Part shown: one piece after another, positions 37,701 to 44,303 of the stretch
How positions within the stretch are numbered: position 1 is the first letter of the stretch
Layout: every line of letters begins with the position of its first letter
NCBI GenBank assembly: GCA_017554605.1
Contig: JAFZIA010000003.1
Coordinates: 1,688-65,687 of the forward strand
Direction of reading: 5' to 3'
Length of the DNA: 64,000 nt
Source: Bacteroidaceae bacterium
GTDB taxonomy: Bacteria > Bacteroidota > Bacteroidia > Bacteroidales > Bacteroidaceae
Program-made: the position numbers and the translations under genes
The notes under the pieces: generated by a model
Databases searched by the model: none
Told to the model about the DNA's origin: nothing
The model's input: the letters and a program-made list of their open reading frames with translations, nothing else

Positions 37701-39590
37701 ATCATCAATATGGCAAACAGCGCCGAGTGGAAGGCATTGGCCCAGAAGAACGGTGCCACCCGTCCCGAGGCTTGGACATTCTTGACAGAGAACAACATCT
37801 TCGGTGGTTTCGGTAGCTTTGCGTCGACAGCGTTCATCAACAACGCTTGGTACTGCTCGCACTTGTGGCAGCACTACCGTTACACTCTTGACAAGGAGTT
37901 CCTTACACGTGCATTCCCTGCAATGTGGGGCGCATCGTTGTTCTGGGTAGAGCGTGTTGTTTACAATGAGCAGGACGGTACATACGAGTGTCCCAACGAG
38001 TACTCTCCCGAGCACGGTCCCGGTGCACAGAATGCTACAGCACACTCGCAGCAGCTTGTTTGGGAGTTGTTCGACAATACTCTCCAGGCTATCGAGATTT
38101 TGGGTGCTCAGAATCTGGGAATTGCCGCTGAGGATATTGATGCTCTCAAGGACCGTTTCTCAAAGCTCGATACAGGTCTTGCAACCGAGACTTACAACGG
38201 CGATTGGGGCAATGCCATCGCTGCCGGCTCAAAGCTCCTGCGCGAGTGGAAGTACAGCTATTATACAGCAGGACAGAACGGTCACCGTCATATGTCGCAC
38301 CTTATGTGTCTCTATCCCTTTGCACAGGTTACAGGCGAGAGCGAGTACTTTGAGGCTGCTATAAACTCTATGCTCCTCCGTGGCGATGCTTCTACCGGCT
38401 GGTCAATGGGTTGGAAGATTAACCTCTGGGCACGTGCATTGGACGGCAACCACTCACACGACATTCTCGAGCTTGCATTGCGTCACCACAGCGTGAGCGG
38501 TGGCGGTGTTTACTACAACCTCTACGACAGCCACTCACCCTTCCAGATTGACGGTAACTTCGGTGCTTGTGCAGGTATTGCCGAGATGCTCTTCCAGAGC
38601 CACAGCGACGTGCTGCACATTCTTCCCGCTCTTCCCGACGTATGGGCCGAGGGTTCTATTAAGGGTCTCAAGGCTGTTGGCGACTTCACCGTTGATATTG
38701 ACTGGGCTGCAAACAAGGCTACAAAGGCTACAATCGTAAACAACCAGGGTACAAAGTGCGTAGTTAAGGCCGAGGGAATTACCAATGCACTTATAACAGT
38801 AAACGGTGTCGAGGTTACAGCACAGTGTGCAGGCGACGGTACTTGCTACATACCCTCGGGTAAGGGCGACAAGATTGTCATCGACTTTACTCAGGAGCCT
38901 ACTGTGCACCCCACATTGGTAATCCTCGACAGCGAGAAGAAGAATTTCTCGGCAACAGGAACATTCTCAAAGATTACCTACGAGCGTACACTCTCAGCTG
39001 GAAAGTACGGTACAATTGTTCTTCCTTTCGAGGTTGACGATGCTACAAAGGCAGCCTTTGAGTTCTATGCCTTCAAGGGCAAGGAGGACGGAGTATTGAA
39101 CTTTACTCAGGTTGACGCTCCCCAGGCCAATGTTCCCTACCTCTACAAGAACGTAGCCGATGTTCCTGCAACTGAACTTGTTTCGGTGGGCGACTATACA
39201 ATTGCTTCAACTGTTGTAAATAACACAGCCAACGGAGAGTGGAGTATGGTAGGTACATACAGAAACGTATCCATCACCGATGCCGACGAGCTGTTGGTAA
39301 CATACGCAGTATCGAACAATGCTATACGTAACTCATCGGCAGGTTTGAGCTTTGCTCCTTTCCGTGCATATTTTGTAGGTGAGAACTTCAACGACCTCTT
39401 CCCTGCAGATGCTCCCGCTAAGTCACTCTCTATAAGTATCACCGACAATGACGGCAATGTAACAAATATCACTCCAGTCGATATTGAGAATGTGAACGAT
39501 GGTATCTTCTACGACCTTTGTGGTCGCAGAGTAGAGCAGCCTGTTAAGGGTATCTACATTGTTAACGGTAAAAAAGTAATCATCAAATAA
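34746..39590 (+). CDS. Multidomain secreted GH95 glycoside hydrolase (alpha-L-fucosidase/galactosidase family) with four N-terminal tandem modules and a T9SS-like tail
   Basis: Signal peptide. GH95 signatures are LWYKNAA...WMEYSLPIGNGQFGASIFGG...QFNEKTLWSG, LQGIWN...NADIHANINVQMNYWP, STGWSMGWKINLWARALDG and HSPFQIDGNFGACAGIAEMLFQSH. The C-terminus is ...GIFYDLCGRRVEQPVKGIYIVNGKKVIIK*. Confidence 0.9.
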   Translation: MLRKLCLMFTALLAVAVMRVEAAEPVFSTEGAPVWHWIQFNAGSNLLKDNGNGNNLKTVTVADRNDDAKWILVGNADAFYLKSANGNYVSWSGSRYAATSDANGKATLKLRLKDDGKYEIKRADNEAEKYMNQWGGTGAGVELGEWNSNDNNNALSFVVAPEVPMCSTEELPEWYYIQFSTGSGVLSDKGAGNEVLTAAKAEEDANLWQLVGEKSNFYLKSKAGNYLYRKDDGFYATTNDAASKTMLAIDERVLGYWDIHRVGESKGLNQFQGAGVGRRLSEWTAGDTNNRLHFVYFPVEPEVYEPNVFSTEESPVWHSVEFKTGGHFLSDKGNGQNLTTTAAAEADAQLWMFIGKPENFKMKNRTGNYVTWNSGASRFASSSAAADAVELSFVKGTTDGTWELQRVGSNKCLNQNGGTGVGVSLGEWNAGDANNPVYLNLIDESTLESYIEPVFSNDDTDNWFMIKFAKNGNHLSSGGEGNQAVTALMKNVKSQWWKFVGTADNFQLVNKDGCYATMKAGTATNGQTSNHLLYMQSTADEHGFRIEKSTRANYTDAYEIRYNGKDGNQNSFNQWGGANAGVSIGLWTAHSDDNNPLYIYIPAANLASVFDIEGIENYTPENPLTLWYKNAASNMNVSDQWMEYSLPIGNGQFGASIFGGVAREQVQFNEKTLWSGTKNDKSSEYGDYENFGSVYINDISEIFGEGKSVKNYYRQLDLSNATASVHYSSTDGSINFTREYIASNPDKVVAMRLTADKPGNISINVTFEAGRPGLRATTTYSNGTASFAGKLETISYNALVKVVPTNGTMTTDEKGITVKGADEVLIILGGDTDFDAYNPNYVSATEELPARVEARVNSAAAKDWNTLYTAHVEDFQHYFDRCSFELAGAANTMPTDDLVREYAKRTTGMESYALMLEQMYFAYGRYLEICSSRGVDLPSNLQGIWNNSSEPAWNADIHANINVQMNYWPAEPTNMSEMHLPFLNYIINMANSAEWKALAQKNGATRPEAWTFLTENNIFGGFGSFASTAFINNAWYCSHLWQHYRYTLDKEFLTRAFPAMWGASLFWVERVVYNEQDGTYECPNEYSPEHGPGAQNATAHSQQLVWELFDNTLQAIEILGAQNLGIAAEDIDALKDRFSKLDTGLATETYNGDWGNAIAAGSKLLREWKYSYYTAGQNGHRHMSHLMCLYPFAQVTGESEYFEAAINSMLLRGDASTGWSMGWKINLWARALDGNHSHDILELALRHHSVSGGGVYYNLYDSHSPFQIDGNFGACAGIAEMLFQSHSDVLHILPALPDVWAEGSIKGLKAVGDFTVDIDWAANKATKATIVNNQGTKCVVKAEGITNALITVNGVEVTAQCAGDGTCYIPSGKGDKIVIDFTQEPTVHPTLVILDSEKKNFSATGTFSKITYERTLSAGKYGTIVLPFEVDDATKAAFEFYAFKGKEDGVLNFTQVDAPQANVPYLYKNVADVPATELVSVGDYTIASTVVNNTANGEWSMVGTYRNVSITDADELLVTYAVSNNAIRNSSAGLSFAPFRAYFVGENFNDLFPADAPAKSLSISITDNDGNVTNITPVDIENVNDGIFYDLCGRRVEQPVKGIYIVNGKKVIIK
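34815..36560 (+). repeat. Four tandem ~145-aa protein-level repeats inside the GH95 gene (aa ~24-605)
   Basis: Each unit begins EP(V/N)FS(T/N)(E/D)..P.W..(I/V)(Q/E/K)F. Each contains D(A/S)(K/N/Q).W.(L/F)(V/I)G....F.(L/M)K(S/N)..GNY and (L/F/M)NQ(W/F/N)(G/Q)G.G.GV.(L/I).(E/L)W....(D/N)NN. Confidence 0.8.
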
Positions 39591-39602
39591 AAATACGAAG
39601 TT

Positions 39603-39767
39603 ATGAAAAAGCAATATAAAACCCCCGAGACAAATGTATTCTCAGTTGAGTCCGACTCGATGTTGGCTCTCTCTCCCAACATCGTAATATCGAACAAAAG
39701 AGAGGACGATGTGGTAATGGGCGAATCTAAAGGTTATAGAGGCGAGTGGGGAAATCTTTGGAAATAA
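39603..39767 (+). CDS. Unlisted 54-aa ORF co-transcribed with the GH95 gene (hypothetical small protein)
   Basis: My translation is MKKQYKTPETNVFSVESDSMLALSPNIVISNKREDDVVMGESKGYRGEWGNLWK. The ATG follows the GH95 stop codon after 12 nt, and the strong terminator comes only after this ORF. Confidence 0.4.
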   Translation: MKKQYKTPETNVFSVESDSMLALSPNIVISNKREDDVVMGESKGYRGEWGNLWK

Positions 39768-39793
39768 ATCCTGAATCCCTGTAAATATTCCAG

Positions 39794-39831
39794 TCCAGGA
39801 GTGCCATTTTTGGCACTCCTGGATATTTTTT
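39794..39831 (+). terminator. Rho-independent terminator of the GH95 / small-ORF unit
   Basis: 13-bp perfect stem tccaggagtgcca / tggcactcctgga, TTTT loop, followed by ATATTTTTT. Confidence 0.75.
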
Positions 39832-39898
39832 GGAACTATTCTTTGTTGTTTATCGTTTATTCTTTATATTCACGGCGTAACCCATAAAACATACAGCT

Positions 39899-41005
39899 AT
39901 GATAATCGGAATTCCAAAAGAGATTAAGAACAACGAGAACAGAGTGGGTATGACTCCCTCGGGTGTTCAGGAGATGACCAAACGCGGTCATACAGTGTAT
40001 GTGCAGTCCTCGGCTGGAGAGAACAGTGGCTTTTGCGACGATGCATATATTGCAGCCGGAGCAAAAATCCTTCCTACCATAGAGGAGGTTTATGCAGTTG
40101 CCCAAATGATTGTAAAGGTTAAGGAACCAATTGAGTGTGAGTACAAGTTGGTACAGAAAGGGCAACTCGTCTTTACCTATTTCCATTTTGCATCGAGCGA
40201 GCCCCTTACAAAGGCAATGGTGGAGAGTGGAGCAGTATGTTGTGCTTACGAGACGGTGGAGCGTAAGGACCGCTCGCTGCCGCTGCTTGTACCAATGTCC
40301 GAGGTGGCAGGACGTATGGCTACGCAGGAGGGTTGCTATTTCCTTGAGCGTCCGCGTGGAGGCAAGGGCAAGCTGATGGGCGGTGTCCCTGGAGTGAAGC
40401 CTGCAAAGGTGTTTGTTATTGGAGCAGGAGTAGTGGGAACGGCAGCAGCTCGCACCGCAGCGGGAATGGGTGCCGACGTGACAATATGCGACATTTCACT
40501 CCCACGGCTCACATATCTTGCCGATGTGATGCCCCGCAATGTAAAGACCCTTATGTCGTCGGAGTACAATATACGTGAGGAACTCAAGAGTGCCGACCTT
40601 GTAATAGGCTCGGTGCTTATACCCGGTGCAAAAGCTCCCAAGCTGGTGACGCGCGATATGCTCTCGCTTATGGAAAAGGGCAGCGTGCTTGTCGACGTGG
40701 CGATAGACCAGGGCGGTTGCTTCGAGACTTCGCACGCAACGACGCATCAGGAGCCTACATATTATGTCGACGGAATACTGCACTATTGTGTGGCTAATAT
40801 CCCCGGTGCTGTGCCCTATACATCGACTCTTGCGCTCACAAATGCCACGCTGCCATACGCCCTGCAGCTTGCCGACAAGGGTTGGCAACGTGCCTGCGCC
40901 GACAACGAGGAGTTGCGCAAGGGCCTGAATGTGGTCGAAGGAAAGATTGTTTACAAAGAGGTTGCCGATGCGTGGGGTATGCCCTACGAGCCCATTGCGT
41001 GGTAA
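39899..41005 (+). CDS. ald: Alanine dehydrogenase
   Basis: MIIGIPKEIKNNENRVGMTP and the NAD motif VFVIGAGVVGTAAA. Confidence 0.92.
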   Translation: MIIGIPKEIKNNENRVGMTPSGVQEMTKRGHTVYVQSSAGENSGFCDDAYIAAGAKILPTIEEVYAVAQMIVKVKEPIECEYKLVQKGQLVFTYFHFASSEPLTKAMVESGAVCCAYETVERKDRSLPLLVPMSEVAGRMATQEGCYFLERPRGGKGKLMGGVPGVKPAKVFVIGAGVVGTAAARTAAGMGADVTICDISLPRLTYLADVMPRNVKTLMSSEYNIREELKSADLVIGSVLIPGAKAPKLVTRDMLSLMEKGSVLVDVAIDQGGCFETSHATTHQEPTYYVDGILHYCVANIPGAVPYTSTLALTNATLPYALQLADKGWQRACADNEELRKGLNVVEGKIVYKEVADAWGMPYEPIAW

Positions 41006-41020
41006 CTTGTTGAGTAACCA

Positions 41021-41065
41021 CTATAAACATTTACAGCGGACTTTAAGTCCGCTGTAAATGTTTAT
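41021..41065. terminator. Bidirectional terminator palindrome between convergent ald and the ROK kinase gene
   Basis: 20-bp perfect stem tataaacatttacagcggac / gtccgctgtaaatgtttata with a 5-nt loop. Confidence 0.65.
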
Positions 41066-41077
41066 AGGAGAAGCAGG

Positions 41078-42058
41078 CTAAGGCAATTGCTCCCACGCAA
41101 GGGCGCTTGCTCCAAGAATGGCTGCGTCGGAGTCGGGCAGTTGCGAGATTATTATCTTTGTCTTTCCCTTGAATGTGTGCAGCACACTCTTGTCGAGCGA
41201 GCGTTGCAGGGGGGCGAGCAGCAGGTTGCCGGCACGCGACAGTCCTCCAAAGAGTATTATTGCCTCGGGGCTCGAGAAGGCTACAAAATCGGCTATCGCC
41301 TCGCCGAGCATCTTGCCCGTGTATTCGAACACGTCCAATGCTATCTTGTCTCCCTTGAGCGCTGCTTCGTACACGTCGCGCGAGGTTATTCCCTTAATGT
41401 CGCGCAGCAGGCTGGGGGTGTCGAGCGTTTCGAGCATCTCCTTGGCAGTGCGCACTACACCCGTTGCCGAGCAGTATGCCTCCAGGCAGCCTTTACGTCC
41501 GCAGCCGCACAGCCGGCCCTCTTCTCCGCGCACCATCGTCACGTGTCCCAGCTCGCCGGCAAAGCCGTCGCTGCCGTAGACCAGCTCGCCGTTTATCACA
41601 ATGCCGCTGCCCACACCCGTGCCAAGCGTTATGACAATGAAATTCTTCATTCCTTTGGCTGTGCCGTATGTCATTTCGCCTATTGCTGCCGCGTTGGCGT
41701 CGTTTGTCACGCGGACGGGTATCCCGCTGCACTCCGAGAGCATCTGGGCAAGCGGGAGCACTCCTTTCCACGGCAGGTTGAACGCGTGTTCAATGTTACC
41801 GGTGTAAAAGTTGCTGTCGGGAGCGCCCACGCCAATGCCGCGAATCTTGCCCTTGCTGCCGGTTATCTCTATGAGCCGTCCGATAACCTCGTTTATGGCG
41901 TTGATATACTCCCCGAAAGTGGGGTAGGCGTTTGTGGCGATGCTCTCGTCGCGTGCAAGAATCTTGCCGCGGGCATCTACAATGCCTATCTTGGTCCCCG
42001 TTCCGCCAATATCAATGCCAATCACTCTGTTCTTTTCGACATTCATACGCGAAGGCAT
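41078..42058 (-). CDS. ROK-family sugar kinase (glucokinase-like)
   Basis: VIGIDIGGTGTKIGIV ATP motif and the ROK Cys cluster GHVTMVRGEEGRLCGCGRKGCLEAYCS. Confidence 0.85.
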   Translation of the reverse strand: MPSRMNVEKNRVIGIDIGGTGTKIGIVDARGKILARDESIATNAYPTFGEYINAINEVIGRLIEITGSKGKIRGIGVGAPDSNFYTGNIEHAFNLPWKGVLPLAQMLSECSGIPVRVTNDANAAAIGEMTYGTAKGMKNFIVITLGTGVGSGIVINGELVYGSDGFAGELGHVTMVRGEEGRLCGCGRKGCLEAYCSATGVVRTAKEMLETLDTPSLLRDIKGITSRDVYEAALKGDKIALDVFEYTGKMLGEAIADFVAFSSPEAIILFGGLSRAGNLLLAPLQRSLDKSVLHTFKGKTKIIISQLPDSDAAILGASALAWEQLP

Positions 42059-42325
42059 TTATTTTATGCCATTCCCGTGGGCTACGGCAGCGTCGGCCTG
42101 TGCCTTCTCCTTTATGCCGTGTGCAACCTCGGCCACGGCGTCGGCAACGTCGGCTCCCGCATCTGCCATCTTTAGCTTTATGTCGCACCCTTTGTTGTGC
42201 ATAACTTCGCACATTGCGCCCAACCACGCTTTTGTACGCTCACTCCTGGCACATTTGTATGCCATTGCACCTGCTATGGCACCCAGTGCCATTCCCACCC
42301 AGAATTTAGGATTGCTCAGAATCAT
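42059..42325 (-). CDS. Small hypothetical protein (88 aa; one N-terminal hydrophobic helix, Ala/Asp-rich tail; YtxH-like at best)
   Basis: The ORF's stop codon directly abuts the ROK start (TAAATG). N-terminus is FWVGMALGAIAGAMAY. Confidence 0.45.
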   Translation of the reverse strand: MILSNPKFWVGMALGAIAGAMAYKCARSERTKAWLGAMCEVMHNKGCDIKLKMADAGADVADAVAEVAHGIKEKAQADAAVAHGNGIK

Positions 42326-42487
42326 AGTCTCTGAAAATTAAAGGTTAGTACTGTTTTTTTGGGGCGGTTTTTTCTTCCGTTTCCCGAGAAAATAACGAGT
42401 GGGGCAGGCGATAAGTTTGCCCTTGGGGCGCAATTAACAGAATTGGACTCTTTGGAATTAATTTTGACAAAAATAATCCAACGGAAA

Positions 42488-42683
42488 TTAAGAAGCTGTT
42501 TTAAATTTATATCGTTAAGTTTTTTATAGGTCAAAATTGGAATGTTTTATTATTTTTCGAGGGCGCGTAGCGGGCTACGTAACCGAGAGAAAGAAGAAAA
42601 CAGGCAATTTTGAACACAAAAAACAACGAAATAACGGCTTCCAATATAATAAATACTTTTTTTAGAAATTTAAACAGCTTCTA
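42488..42683 (-). mobile_element. IR-bounded repeat element, copy B (short form, ~196 bp), inverted relative to copy A
   Basis: The reverse complement of 42541-42682 matches 4057-4198 with a single mismatch. 42488-42536 matches the reverse complement of the copy A right arm with one 1-nt indel. Termini form a ~20-bp inverted repeat. Confidence 0.65.
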
Positions 42684-42689
42684 AAAACG

Positions 42690-44189
42690 ATGATGAATAT
42701 GAAATTTCTTTTGGGGATTCTGTGCCTTAATTTCCTGGTTACCGGTGCTTATGCAACGTCTTTAAGTGACTCAACGAATGTATCGTTTGCAGATATCCCT
42801 TTCCATAACCTGACTAAAGATTCGTTGAAGATTCTGGACATCGGCAACAGCTACACAACCGATGCGACACACTATATCCCTCAAATAACCAATGCAGCAG
42901 GCGCAATAGGCGGATATTCCCTTTATAGCGCTGTGCGAAGTTCGGCTTCGTACAAAAGTTGGGTGAATATATATAACGACTGTGACTTTATGGAATATAG
43001 AGTCAACAAGGTAGCAGGCGATGAGATCGAAGGGGTGAATGCCGGTGTTGGCGAGATAGGTGACGGAGTCCTTTTCAGGCAGGCACTGGAGAGAGGAAAT
43101 TGGGACTTGATTATAATCCACCAGGTCAGCCTTTATGCCAATGATTTTGATTTGTGGGGAGGAGACACTGCCGGTGGCTATTTGAACGAATTGTTAACTA
43201 TTCTGTGCGAGACCAACCCACAGGCATCAATAGGCATTTATCTTATCCATAGTTATAGGGGAGATTACAAGAACAACACCGAAGGCTCCTCCTTGGCAAG
43301 GTGGCAGAATGTTGCCGACGCGATTAAAAAGCTCAAATTGAATTACGGCATTGATTTTGTGATACCTTATGGCACTGCTGCACAAAATCTTCGCGCCTCT
43401 TCCCTGAATGACGAGTATGACTTTTCCTATGATGGAGCACATCTTTCCGACGGTATTGGCGATTATGTAGCGGCCTGTTGCTATTGGGAGGCGCTGCTTG
43501 CACCCCGTTTCGGCAGTATTATTGGAAATAGCTGGCGTTACACAAACCTGAATGAGAATACTGCGGGTGTCAAGAAAATAACCGACGAAACAGTATCTTT
43601 TGCCCAAAAGGCAGCCGTGTTGGCAATGAGAAATATGTACCAACTGACAGACGTGGACAGTTTTGATACATATATGCAACTGCCTGCCGAGTATGTCTGC
43701 TACGATAATAGAATCATAGGTTACAATTATAACAAACCGATGGGTTGCATAACTATTCCCGACAGCATTGTGGGCATTACCCGTGGGGTGTTCAACGACT
43801 GTAAGGAGGTTAGAAGACTTATCTTGCCAGCGGGCTTGCGGTCTTTGGGCAATTATGCATTCAACAATTGTACAGCCATTGAAGCCATCACTTCTTTTAT
43901 TCCGGGAGATGAACTGTTCCCGATTAACGAGAGTGTCTTCAACGGTGTCGACAAGAGTGCTTGTACACTATATGTACCTTACGGTTCAAAAGAAGCATAC
44001 ACCTCAACAGATGGTTGGAAAGATTTTTACAACGTCGTGGAGGGGGATTTATCTGATATAAGTGAAATTAAGAGTGATGATTGGAATGTGGACACAGAAA
44101 TTGTCTATGACATGAATGGTAGAAGAACAAAGGGCTCTACAAATGGCATTCACATCATCAATGGCAAAAAAGTATTGGTAAAGCAATAA
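42690..44189 (+). CDS. Secreted fusion protein: DUF4886/SGNH-like hydrolase domain + BspA-type LRR + T9SS-like tail
   Basis: Signal peptide. LKILDIGNSYTTDA (GDS(L)-like block I position) and ...SYDGAHLSD (block V-like D-x-x-H). LRR text is ITIPDSIVGITRGVFNDCKEVRRLILPAGLRSLGNYAFNNCTAIEAI and TLYVPYGSKEAYTSTDGWKDF. The C-terminus is IVYDMNGRRTKGSTNGIHIINGKKVLVKQ*. Confidence 0.7.
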   Translation: MMNMKFLLGILCLNFLVTGAYATSLSDSTNVSFADIPFHNLTKDSLKILDIGNSYTTDATHYIPQITNAAGAIGGYSLYSAVRSSASYKSWVNIYNDCDFMEYRVNKVAGDEIEGVNAGVGEIGDGVLFRQALERGNWDLIIIHQVSLYANDFDLWGGDTAGGYLNELLTILCETNPQASIGIYLIHSYRGDYKNNTEGSSLARWQNVADAIKKLKLNYGIDFVIPYGTAAQNLRASSLNDEYDFSYDGAHLSDGIGDYVAACCYWEALLAPRFGSIIGNSWRYTNLNENTAGVKKITDETVSFAQKAAVLAMRNMYQLTDVDSFDTYMQLPAEYVCYDNRIIGYNYNKPMGCITIPDSIVGITRGVFNDCKEVRRLILPAGLRSLGNYAFNNCTAIEAITSFIPGDELFPINESVFNGVDKSACTLYVPYGSKEAYTSTDGWKDFYNVVEGDLSDISEIKSDDWNVDTEIVYDMNGRRTKGSTNGIHIINGKKVLVKQ

Positions 44190-44225
44190 CAGCGTCCGGG
44201 AACTTGCTTAATGTGTTATTCCATT

Positions 44226-44270
44226 ATCATACTCCGTGAACATTTTGTTTGCGGAGTATGATATTTTTTT
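44226..44270 (+). terminator. Rho-independent terminator
   Basis: 11-bp stem atcatactccg / cggagtatgat followed by ATTTTTTT. Confidence 0.7.
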
Positions 44271-44303
44271 CTAATTTCGCCAGCAAAGCAAGGAATAGGA
44301 GCA

